Shown here: positions 41,687 to 53,600 of the stretch, piece after piece | Layout of the letters: every line of letters starts with the position of its first letter | Numbering within the stretch: the stretch's first letter is position 1 | DNA from: Geosiphon pyriformis uo1 | Lineage: Eukaryota; Fungi; Glomeromycota | DNA: 64,000 nucleotides | Direction of reading: 5' to 3' | Assembly (NCBI GenBank): GCA_016748015.1 | Contig: JAAOMT010000441.1 | Span: 248,001-312,000 of the forward strand | Notes under the pieces: model-generated | Told to the model about the DNA's origin: nothing | The model's database searches: none | The model's input: only the letters and a program-made list of their open reading frames with translations | Program-made: the position numbers and the translations under genes

Positions 41687-42340
41687 TAAATTAGTATCAT
41701 TAATCACCATGATCAAGAGCAATTGGTCCAAATCATTAATAGTTCGAGACAGTTATGCTAAGAGCATCTGTTCTAAAACAAAGATATGAAACAAAAGTTA
41801 ATTTATGTAAATTTCACGAAGTTCGAGAACATGAATTCGTGATTCTGATTTCTTTAATAATTGGTTTATTTCAGAAGATGAAATAGGGAAGATAATAAAT
41901 GATAAAAGGGTATGAATATTTGATTTTTGTCTAGAGGTTCGTATTTATCTGTCTATTTTTTTAACTTCTACAACTACCTGCTTTTATACATTTTTTTGGT
42001 TTTACAGAATTGTTTTTAATTGTCTTGCTATCACTAGCAATTGCTTTGTTATTTCTGTTATTGCTTTGTTTTTCTACATTATCACTAGTTATCCTATATT
42101 ATAACATGTTATTTGACATTATTACATGTTATTCTGTGTTATCTTGTGTTATAACATGTTATTCTATGTTATAATGCATTATCCAACATTATTGCGTGCT
42201 ATTCTGTATTATCCTGTGTTATAACACGTTATCCTATATTATAATGTGTTATCTAATGTTATTGCATGCTATTCTGTATTATGTCACATTTTGGTCATGT
42301 TTCTTCATAACTTTGGATCAGTTTTTCTATTCGGATAACA
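41239..42340 (-). repeat. 5' LTR of D1 (PBS at 41219-41236)
   Basis: Repeat of 23033-24129. Confidence 0.93.
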
Positions 42341-42618
42341 CTACACTTAGTTTTCAGAGCAACCACTTCTCATTCCAACTTACCAATAGCTTTGCTAAAG
42401 ATACTTATGTAAACCAAAACTTTGTTGACCCTAAGGCCAAAAGCAGTACTTGAAACCAGATCACCATTAACAAATTGTTTAAAGACTTTGACTATAGAAC
42501 CAACAAACTTAACAATAAATTCAACCAAAACAGAAAGCTTGGCCAAATCAGATTTCAAAAACACTAGCTAAGAAAATACCAAAAAATCTTCAACAGTTAC
42601 AGAAGAAACAGAAGCCAC
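42341..42618 (-). pseudogene. Middle fragment of LINE-like ORF1 (coiled-coil-like LKSDLAKLSVLVE)
   Basis: Frame joins 63701 across TSD CCAC (EFSSLV-ASVSSV) and 23032 across D1. Confidence 0.55.
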
Positions 42619-42628
42619 TATTACCCAA

Positions 42629-43505
42629 TGTTACAGGTGACAATTTCTGGTGTTGAATTAAATATGAACCCATAACTTGGTGCTCAAAGCTATTTTTATT
42701 GTCAATAATCTGAAGGTTTAGTATCTGAAAGTTTTGTATCTGAAGGGTTTGGTTGAGTTTTTTATATAATGAACAGAGATTCAATGATGATAGTTTTTTT
42801 TGTAGCTTTCCAAAACTGCAGTTTTGTCAATTTCTTTCTCAGCTTGATGGCTGGTATTCTTCCTGGTAAGCTATCCTTAATTGAGTGTTCTACCCTTATT
42901 TCTGGGTCTTTTACCAGTCATGTTTATCTTGACGTCAGTGCCCCATGCATTAATCCTCAATAGAGTTAGTAAACAACAATAAAATCAAAGCAAGAAAATA
43001 AAGAAAATAAAATAAAATAAAGAAAGAAAAGAAATAAGCCAAGGTGATTTACAAGTTAGTATTCTGTCAATAGCCGTAATTAAGAGCTATTGTTTCAGTA
43101 TGATTAAGTATCAATTACTATTAATATGAAGTGTTGATAGTGGAAATGGGTTTGAGATAACAAATAGTTATTTATTAGATGCTTGTGGTTTGGAGAGTTG
43201 CTTCAATTAAATCTAAACTAAGAGGTCTGTCTTTTCAGCTTCTAATTCTGCTGCTATATATACATAATTAAGATTCCTCAATTCCTCAATTCTTCACAAC
43301 AGGAATCCTGGAATTCCTGGAATCCTGCAATTCTTTTGAGAGGAATTCTGGAATTCTGGAATTCTGTAATTTCTTGTTGGAGAATCCTAAAATTCCTGGA
43401 ATTCTGCAATTTCTAAGAAGAATTTTGGAATTCCACATTTACTATGCCTACTTCTAATTGGCTACTAATCATGCTAATATATTTCTTATATTTCTATGAG
43501 TAATA
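42629..43505 (-). repeat. 3' LTR of E1
   Basis: Repeat of 61810-62685. Confidence 0.95.
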
Positions 43506-43518
43506 TTATTCCCTCCTT

Positions 43519-44178
43519 TTAATATTGAGCTCTGTTGAAATCCAATTCGTTTAATTCTCTCTCTTGAAGTATTTTCTGGATTTTGTTTTCGAGAATTACT
43601 TGTGTTATTTGGGTCTGTAATTCTTCAAATTGAGCATTGGTGATCTTTCCCAATTGATTACTGATAACTATATCCATTGCTTTGTTGAGTAATATTTCTG
43701 GTCTATCCTGAAATGCTGTGTGTATTTGGTATATAGCTCGGGCCTATGTGGATAAGTTGTTCTTTTTCACAAAATGTTCTAATTGTTGTAGTATTCTTTT
43801 GTTGAATAATCACTTTGTTTTATCCATATATAGATTCTGGATATTTATGTGTTGTCCTAAGTAAAAATAACAATAGTTTCATGGAAATTGTTGTATCCAC
43901 CAATTCCAAGTTTCTTTAGTCAACTCTTGATATAGTGACTCTTTTGTCAACTCTCTTATTGCTAATTTTACTTTCGCAATGATTTTGTCCACAGTATTTT
44001 CAGTTTTTTTCTGTGTTCTGAGTTGCAATATCTTTCTAGTATCTTGATATTGAATGGTTTGTTGATTGATTGTAATCTCCATTTCCTGGTGTTGGATTAA
44101 TTGAAAGAGTTGTTGTGCTAGTGAGTGAATGTTGTCTGTAATTTCCATTTTTTTGATATTTCCTGTCACATCTACCAT
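43519..44178 (-). pseudogene. ORF3 of E1 (unknown function)
   Basis: MVDVTGNIKK...YCYFYLGQ...LGKITNAQF...DFNRAQY*; 220 codons. Confidence 0.85.
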
Positions 44179-44202
44179 GTTTTTATATATTCTTTTGATG
44201 GA

Positions 44203-45585
44203 TCAATTTGACATGTTGTTGTTAATAATAATGATTGGTTCCAGATCTCGTGGAATTTGATCTGGTTGGACTAGTATTTTCTGTATTCCTAATTGTGAAA
44301 TATTATTGGTGAATGGTGGTATGGTATTGTGGTATGGTTTTAGTTGATCTCTATGTGCTGCTTTGGTTAAGATTTTGTTGTCCAGTCTTAATTTGTAAGC
44401 TTCATTTCCTAGAATTTCTTTTATGTGAAATGGTCCATTCTATTTGGGGTCAAATTTTCCACTCTATTGTTTTTCCGCTTTGGTACAATGTAAGAGTACT
44501 TTGTCTCCAATCTTGAATTCAACTGGTTTGTTTGATAGTTGATTATCATGTCTTTCTTTCTGTTTCTCTTGTGACTTTTGTATGTTATTAGCTGCTCTTT
44601 TTTGTTTGTTTTCCAATGTTTCTATTAAGTTATATGTTCTTCTTAACAATGTTTCTTGGAAATTCTCTTCTGTTATTGGTTTAGTTAGATATGTGTTGAT
44701 CTTTATCTTCACTGGTAATATTGCTATTCTACCATATATTAATTCAAATAGTGTTGCTTGTGTAGTGTCTTGTTTCATTGTTTGATAAGCAAATAGTACT
44801 AATGGTATCAACACATCCCAATTGTTCTGGTTTTCTTGGCTGAGCTTAGCTATTGCTTCACACAATATTCTGTTGAATCTTTTGACTAATCCATTGGTTT
44901 GTGGATGGTATGGTGATGATAGTGGTCTCTTAATTCCGAATTTTTGGCTTAATTCTGTTAATGTTCTGTTCACAAAATGAGTTCCTTGGTCTGATAATAA
45001 TTCTTTTGGACATTCATGTCAACAAATTAAATCTTGATGAATGAATTCGGCAATGGATTCTGCATCTGCTCTTTGAATTGCTTTTGCCTTTGGCCATTTA
45101 GTAAGATAGTCCATGGCTATTGCTATGTACCTGTTTCCTCCTCTGGTAATTGTTAATAGTCCAACTAGATCAATTCCAATATGGTCAAATAGTTGTCCCA
45201 CTTTGATTGGTCTTAATGGTTTACTGGGTTTCATTCCTCCTCTTTGCTGACAAGCATCACAATTTTGAACATATTGGATGATGTCTGAATACATTAATGG
45301 CCAATAGTATCTTTTTCTGGTTCTTTCCATGATTGCTTCTTTGTGAAAGTATTCTGCTGTTGGATTTGAGTGCATGTTAAATAATATTGTCTCTTTTTCT
45401 GACTCTGTAATTACTCTGATTGGTTGCTTTAACTCTCTTCTATTTTTCCGATACAGTATATTTTGGTGAGTGACAAAATATTTTGATTGTTGTTTGATAC
45501 TCTTTCATTCTGTTTGAGATAAATTCTCCTTGAACTGTTGAGTGTTTATATAATGTAGCAGTTGTTGATATTTTTGTATGTTCAT
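44203..45585 (-). pseudogene. Integrase ORF of E1
   Basis: Own ATG; CDAC zinc finger, GIDLVG, DQG core and GPF module (ORFs 45019-45375, 44464-44973). Confidence 0.92.
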
Positions 45586-45648
45586 TTTTTGTTATATTTT
45601 TCATTTGGTATTGTTCTGGTTTTGTTATATTTTTGGATTGAAATGTTC

Positions 45649-48600
45649 TTAGATTTGTCTTATTTGTGACAAACTGTCAGCATTTCCATTGTCTTTTCCC
45701 TTTTTATAATGTATAGTATAATTATATGGTGTAAGTGCCATTTTCTATCTTGACTGTCTTCCATCTCCAAATTTTTGTTTTTGAAGTGATGTTAATCTTT
45801 TGTGATCTGTGTATACTTCAAACTTCTGGCTCAAGTATTCTTTCCATTTCATAACTGCCCAGTATATCGCTAAGTGTTCTTGTTTCGGTGTTCTATAGTT
45901 CTTTTTGGCTGGTGTTAAACCTCTGTTGGCATATGCTACTGGATGTTTCCTGCTGTCTGGTTCTCTCTAAGATAGTACTGTTCTCAATGCTTGGCCAGAT
46001 GCATTGGTGGTAATGATAAATGGTTTGCTGTGATCTAGATAGATCAGTACTGGAGCTTGAATAAGCTTTCTTCTCAGAATATCAAAAGCTTCTTGTTGAC
46101 TTTCTGTCCATTCATATTTTGTATTCTTGGTTTGCAGTTGATTGAGTGGCTGCACTATCTTGGAAAAGTTCTTGATAAAATGTCAATAGTAGCTGGCAAA
46201 TCCCAAGAATGATTTCAGTTCTGTCATATTTGTCAGCACTGGAAAGTTCTTTACTATCTCTATTTTTTCTGGATCCATTTTGATGCTGTCTTTGTTGACT
46301 ATGTGTCTCAAGAATTTTAGTTCTGTTTTGCTGAAAAAACACTTTGTTGTATTTAACTTTAGTCCTGCTCTTCTTAGTCTTTTAAACACTTGTTGAAAAT
46401 AATGAAAATGATCATCAAATGTTTTTGAGAATACATTGGTGTCATCCAAGTATACAACTACTGATTTCCACAATAAGCCAGTATAAACAATTTTCATTAG
46501 TCTTTGGAAAGTGGCTGGTGTATTGGTTAAGCCAAATGACATTACTTCAAATTCAAAATTCCCTTTTCTGGTGGTGAATGCCATTTTTTTTTGTCAGCTG
46601 GATCCATAACTACTTGCCAGTAACCACTGTCCAGGTTTAATGTTAAAAACCATTTGTTTCCACTGAAAGCGTCAAATAATTTTTGGATCTATGGAGTGGA
46701 GTAGCTATCTTCATGAGTTATACCATTGAGTTTCCTGTAGTCCACACAAAATTGGATTTTTCCATTCTTCTTACGAACAAGTACCACTGGTGATGACCAT
46801 GGGCTCATTGATGATTGAATTAGCCTGCTGTTCAGCATTTGGTTTATCTCTTGATAAATGATCTCGTGGCTGGCTGGTGGCACTTTGTATGCTTTTTGTT
46901 TAATTGGCATTGCATCTTTAGTCTTTATCTGATGTTGGATGATATCAGTTTGGCCAAACTCGTTTTCGCTGGCAAAGATGTTGTTGAAATTGTTGAGCAA
47001 CATTTTAAGCTGCATACGTTGTAGTGGGTCCAGATTTCCCATGTTCATTTATTCTAATTGTTCTGGTTAGAGCAAATAACATTTGTTTCGTTTAAAAATG
47101 GTTTGTGATGTGATGTCAACATATTCACAAAGTTGTGGAAAGTCTGGAATGGGGTTTGGTGGTTGATTTTCTATTTCTGTGGTTAAATATCCGATAGTAG
47201 TTCCTTCTGGTATGTTGATGACATTGCCAGTGTTGTTGTAGATAGGAATTTTTATGCAGTTATAGCTTTTGGCTAATATGTAGAGATTGATCAGTTCAAT
47301 CTCTCCTGATTCACAAAGGTTTGCTTCTGTTTCAAAAATCTGTTCTTGCTCTTTTTCCTTCTTTTCTATTGCTAGCATGTACTGGCTATATGATAGAATA
47401 GAAATAGCTTGACTGGTTGAGATAATTTCTCCTTGGTCAACAATTTCTTTCTCCGCCATATTAACTGGTACATCTATTCTACCCATTGATCCAAATCCCT
47501 GTATTCCTCTTGCTGTTATTCTTAATTCCTCCCTCTTTCTTACTAATACTAACTAAGCTACTCTAACCAGAGACAGGAATATTGCCTGTGCTATCTTTTC
47601 GTTGGGCTCTATTATATAGGTCTTTTCTGAGTCATTTTGTAGCATAGTAATGATATTTCCTACATATCCCGCGTTAATTATTCCTTCTCTTATATTAATT
47701 CCTCTTTTTGCTAAACTACTCCAGGATACTAGTTGAACTATTATTGTTGCTGAGATTTCCAGCATTATTTTTAGATCAATGCAGGTGCGTGAATGTGGTT
47801 CCAATTTGATGGCATCTTTTCCTGGATACCTCAAGTCAAATCTGGCATCAGTATCATGCACACATTCTGGCATAATACCTTCATTATTATTGCTGAACCA
47901 TTTCAGTTTTTGTTCCTTGGTGAGGTCAGGAAGTGTGATATATTGTTCATAATTTGAGTCAGAGTTTGAATCTGAGTTGATATTATTGTCATTATCATTG
48001 TCATTTTGAATGGAGCTGGAACTGTTATTTGTGTCATCATCATTGTCAGAGTTTGAATTGGGATCAAATGGTGATTTCAACTCCAATGCGCAGCTGCTGA
48101 TTGGTTTTTCCTCTTCAGGAATCATGTAGATTATGCGTGGTGGTGGATTGTAAATGAGGTCACAATCGTCACAATATTTAAAGTTACTGGAAATTAAACA
48201 ATGGTGACACAGTCTTGTATTCAACTGTGCTAACCATTGTTTTTGCTCCTCTCTAATGGGTGCCAAGTTTTGGTAGTGTTTATGAAACTCTTCTGGTTCC
48301 AGGAAATTTATGACTGGCTCTGCATCCCAGTCAAGCTCGATGGGTTTTGATAGATTGTTTTTAATTGTTCTGATTTCTTCTGGTGACGCGTCTTCAATTA
48401 TGGTGATTGCCATTCACCATAATTCATCATCATCGTGTAGACAGCTGTCCAATTGCTATACAGCTCTTCTCCAGGCAGCTTCTATTGGTGTCTCTTTCTC
48501 GACCCAGTCACTGATGAGGATCAGGTATTAGCAGAACACATCGCACATTCCTCCTCTCCCAGAAATATTGTTCCACATTTCTTCATTGAGGAAAGTTTTT

Positions 48601-49653
48601 TCACATGCTAAACATGGTGTATTATCTCATTTTTCCACTCGTTTTGGTCTTCTAAAACGTTCGACAAGGCATGTGTGACAATAAAACTTGGTTGCCATCT
48701 GATATTCTTTGTTGTTGCTACAGTATGCGCCTATTGATGACAATTTCTTGCCACAATTGATGCATACAAGTCTTGGTCATCAATAATTGGATTGTTGTGA
48801 AGTGGGGTGGATGTAGGAATTATAAATGGCAGTGGTTTAAGTGGTTTTTTCTCTTTTTTTCCCTTTCCTTTTATCTTCTTTGTTTTCTTCCCATTTCCAG
48901 CTTGCAGTTGGTTTACTCTCATTGTTGTCAGTTCATGTCAGGTCATCAGTTTCCCAGGTAAGTTCTTCCTTTTGTTTCCCTTTTCCATTGTCGTTGTCAT
49001 CCCAGGAGAGTATTGGTGGCAGTTCATTGTGCTCTTTTTTGGCCCACAATACTTGGTAGACTTCTCAGGTAGGTTTTGGTTTTTCTTTCTCGAAGTCGAT
49101 TAGTAATGCAATGGTGTTGGTAGTCTTAAAGTGGCCACATGTTGCTGGTATGCGCATGTGTTATCTATTTTGGCTGAGTTAAAGCTCTTGTGTATTCCAA
49201 TCCAGAGTGGTATTTGTCTTGAACAGCCAGTCATTATTAACTAAAACTTGGTATTGGGTGGCTTCCATAACAAGTACTTTGATTGGTACTATGATGCCAT
49301 TAATTTCAATTGGTAAGTCGTCGATTTTGCTGATTGAAGTCTTGGTCATTCCATCAGCTGTGATGATTCTGGTGTTGGCAGCTCAATTAACTTGGTGACC
49401 TAATTGATCCATGAGTTGTCATGTGATGATACTGCCTGCTGAACCACTGTCAAAAATTAGTTTGATGAGATGACCATCAATTTTTGCATCAGTGTACATA
49501 GTGGTAATTGGCTTTTTTTCCAGTATGGCTCTACTGAATAATGGCGTGGTTGATGGTTCCTCGAGTTTGAATGGAAAAATGGCATCCAAAGATTTGTCTT
49601 TTGTGATTGTGGCAGGTGGAATATTGCTGGTAGGTGGTTGTTTGAGTTCTTGG
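45649..49653 (-). pseudogene. E1 PR-Cys-rich-dUTPase-RT-RH (3' part of ORF1)
   Basis: FDSGS protease ~49445, dUTPase (47553-48413) with RGIQGFGS ~47490, YLDD (46183-46584). Confidence 0.92.
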
Positions 49654-50632
49654 TGTTACCAAACGAAATTAGAGATATTATTTAGCATGAAATTATCTTA
49701 TAATTCCTATCATTAAGTAGCATATATTATTATCAAATGATCACTTATTACATTAGCAAAAATGTCCAAAATTATCATTTAATTAATAACCCGAATTGTA
49801 CACAACACAAATGTAACCTAATTGCGATGATCAATCATGCAATACCCTGAACTATGTAACATTCAGAAGTTCACTGAAATTTGTAGAAATTCACTGAAAT
49901 AATTGATAGTTCACCGAAATATCTAATAGTTCACCGAAATAACTTGTAGTTTGCCAAAATGTATCTTTAGTTCAGTGAAATTGTAGAAAATAGCAAAGTT
50001 CAAGTTTATAGAATAGTGTTACAACAAGTTGTATAAAAGAAAAGCTTATCTCTTCGAAAAAATGTATCTTACTTTAGATTTATCTCTTAAAAACTGTTTC
50101 TATATACACAAAAAAAGAAATAAATATTAAATAATTCGAAAAACCAAATTTTTTAATTATTGTATTTGGAAAATCCCCAAAACCCAACTAACATTTCAAA
50201 ATTGATTAGCTACCAATTTCAGTAAACTGTTAGTAACTCCAGGCCTGGATAGAAAACGTTTTCCTTGACAAAATTCTATTTCTTTTACATTTCTTTTATT
50301 TTCTTTTATTTTTCTTATTACAATCATTAGGGTAGCTTACAGACAAGATTCCTGTAGAAAAGTTGACTTTTACAGCAAAGTAACTATACATTTTAGTGAG
50401 CTTCCAGATGAGCAATTCCTGGAAAAGAGTTGACGTTTACTACAATGTAACTACATAAAGTAACTGGCAAGGAATTGGTCATTCCACTTATAAGCCCAAC
50501 AGTTCAAATTATAGGAAATAATTTGAAGATAAATTCAATTACTGGAGGTTCAACCACATCCAGAAAATGTGAATTCACAGCAAATAAGTATCAACAACAT
50601 TACAGAAAAGAGACCAAAAACCACTGGTAACA
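49654..50632 (+). repeat. 5' LTR of A2
   Basis: TGTTACC...GGTAACA; 979 bp. Confidence 0.97.
49868..50040 (+). promoter_or_regulatory. U3 array of six TTC(N3)GAAAT units at ~20-bp period followed by TATA box GTATAAAAG
   Basis: gttcaccgaaat-type repeats 49868-49983; TATA at 50031; AATAAA at ~50119. Confidence 0.65.
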
Positions 50633-50634
50633 TT

Positions 50635-50652
50635 TGGTGCTCTCCCATGGAA
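50635..50652 (+). other. Primer binding site of A2 TGGTGCTCTCCCATGGAA
   Basis: TGG start 2 nt after the LTR; complement fits tRNA positions 59-76. tRNA identity not determined. Confidence 0.75.
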
Positions 50653-50677
50653 ACAACACAGCAAAAACAAATTCAAA

Positions 50678-53600
50678 GTGGTGACCACACCAGACACAAC
50701 AACTCTAGAGTATTACCAATCAATTTACACCCACTGCAAGCAAAGATTCAACATTCCAGACGGAATTGAAGTTGTCAAGAAATCAGTATACCAATACATT
50801 GAAAACTGCATCAACAATTATCTTTTTGGAAATTACAATATCTCAGAAGTTAGAAGCAATCTTTACAATAATTTAGCACACTATTCACAGTTGGGAACTG
50901 AAGACCTTAATAGTGAAACACTTGCCACTTACTTTCATAAACTTAATTTTAACATTATCAAATACTGTGAAGAAACATATCCAGTGCAGTCTCAATACAC
51001 TATTGACTTTGAATTGGAAATAGAAACAAGCAACAAAGACAAAAACAAATTAAAGCAATATTCAAGAACCATCCCAAATACTCTAACACTATCGAAAACA
51101 ACTGCCAAACATTTACAAACACCTGAACAAGGAACCAGTTCAAAACTTCCACTTACTATCACATCTTTTCCAGCTTTACTTGCACAAGCACAAACACCTA
51201 ATTCACCCTTAAATTGATTTGCAAGACCAGAAGATTTTACATCACTCAGAAGTCCCACCAGACAACAAGAACCCCTTCAAACTAGTTCCAATCTCCTTGA
51301 TTTTCTAGCTGAAAATCAAAGTGAACACTCTGAGACAGCAGCAAATGAAGAAAACAACTCTGAAATAACCAAAGAAGAATTAATAGACAGTGAAAACAAA
51401 GAAGACAAAATGACAACATACATCACAAAAATTCCTGAATTCAATGGAGAAGATATTGAGACCAGTCCCCAAGAATGGCTCGACCAAGTTACTAAAGCTG
51501 GAGATGCAAATGGATGGAATGCTACCAGAATGTTAAGAACAATTCCCTACTTTCTCAAAAGAACAGCAAGAGAATGGTTTGAAAATCTTGTCACTCCATT
51601 CAATGATTGGAATGCTTTCAAAGCAGCCTTCCTTAAACAGTTTACCGACAATAATACCTCCATCACTCTTCGTAATTGTTTTTGAAATATCAAATAAGAA
51701 CCCTCTGAATCCGTTATGACTTATATTGGGAAATTCAACAAACTTCTCAGATGGATTTGCCAACTCAAGACAAACAATTATTATTCTGATGCTCAAATCT
51801 TGGATCAATTTATTGCTGGTCTAAAAGATAAACTAATTAAAAAGGTTCGCCTACACATGCCAGAAGATTTAAACTCTGCCATACAGCATGCGAAAAGATA
51901 CGAAATGGCCATGGAAAAAGCCAATTGTACAAAACTTGTAAATTTGGCAATTGGAGAAACCAGCTCAGCAGCTGAGAAAAAAATTGACCAACTTACAAAG
52001 AAGGTCGAAAACTATTTTACCAACCAACAACAACAACAACTCCAAAGATATTAACCACTCCAAAGACGAAATCAAAATAACTTTGCACCATTTTCCAATA
52101 ACCAGCCCCAGAATTGCCATTACTGTGGAATCTCTGGCCACTGGAAAAGAAATTGCAGAAAGCTGCAACGAGACCAACAAAATAGGGGTAATCAATGTTA
52201 CTCTCCACCACAGCAATTTTATTATTAACCATCACCACCAGCTTACTATCTATCAAGACCCCAATACCAAAATAACTATTATCAGCCCATCCCACAACCA
52301 ATCCAACAGCAATACCAACAACCACCCACACAACATTATTAAGTACCTGCTCGAAGACTGATTACACAAAATCAATTTACACCACAAAACCGATACCAAG
52401 TAAACAACAGTAGAATCAGTTTGAACAACCAATTGGTTCTTCGAAATACCACTCAACCAAGACCCAACCACTACCACACTCAACCCAGTTATTTAACAAT
52501 GCCGGAAGAACAGGATTTTTACCATACTGCACTTTCAGAAGGTAGAGCTGCAGCACAACAACAACAAAACTCTTCTCATAACCACACCACTATTTCACCA
52601 GCCCGAATTGCTAAAAATGCCAATCTATCTGATATCTTTCCTTTTGAATTTGAAGCCAATGAATCACCATTCTTGCTTAGCAATGCAGTGGCTAATGAGC
52701 AAAAAGCCATCACTGCAATGTACACAGAAGCTGAAGTAGAAGGAAAGCCAATTCGCTTGATCCTAGACAGTGGATCCGCCAGAAGCATTATTACCTACCA
52801 GTTAATGCAACAGTTGAAAAGAAATGTTGACCAACCAGCTCAAACAGTAATCATCACTGCCGATGGCATGAAAAAGACACCAGTAGGAGAAATTGACAAT
52901 TTTCTATTCACTCTTAATGGAATCACCATTCCAGTCAAAGTTCTTGTAATGAACGCACCCCAGTACCAAGCTCTTGTCGGAAATGATTGGCTTCAAAAAG
53001 CCAATGCTAATCTGAATTGGGAAACACAAGAGTTAACAATCTCCTACCAAGGACAAAATGCCCAAGTATCTGCTATTTGTGGTACATTCAACAAACACTC
53101 TGAAAAAGCCCTGGCTTTTGAATTTGAACCAGAAGAAAAAAAACCAATAATCAAAACATTCATGGCTCTTGGATCAATGTCTAACTGGGCCGATGAAACA
53201 GAACAAGAACATTTTACCTCACACACTAAACCCAAAACCTCTGGATGGAATATACCTTACTCAAAACCCGAACCAAGAAAACAATGCCCCTATATTGCCC
53301 TTAAATATAAGGACTGCCACAAGAAACTATCATCAATGGGAGCCTGCATTTTACCTGAAGAAGAATATGAGAATCATACTTGTTATTACTGCAAGGCTTG
53401 TCACAGAGAGTGATGGGGCCATCTAATAAAAAGAAGTGGAAAATGGGACAACACCCCTTGTTTAACTTGTGAAGATATGCTACCGGAAAAATGCAATTGG
53501 ATTGATGTAGCAATGAGAGGAGGCGTCTGCAATCAGACCTGCCAATATGCTTTATCAATTTCAGAAAAAGTAAAAAGAGAAACATTCTTTAATGCAGCAT

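Larger units (their letters stand above)
23033..42340 (-). mobile_element. Ty3/Gypsy element D1, interrupted by C1; lacks IN C-terminus and ORF3
   Basis: Paired LTRs 23033-24129 and 41239-42340; flanks TCAC/CTAC (both one C>T from CCAC); PBS 41219-41236; PPT complement 24133-24145. Confidence 0.92.

Noticed and set aside
43300-43435. Canonical heat-shock elements
   Set aside because: GAA and TTC are adjacent (GAATTC) or mostly 3 nt apart, not continuous nGAAn pentamer arrays.
50609-50652. Strict Tf1-type self-priming
   Set aside because: The PBS looks like a full 18-nt tRNA complement, and the LTR complement lies at the U5 end, far from the TATA-predicted start site. Kept only as an anti-PBS hairpin.
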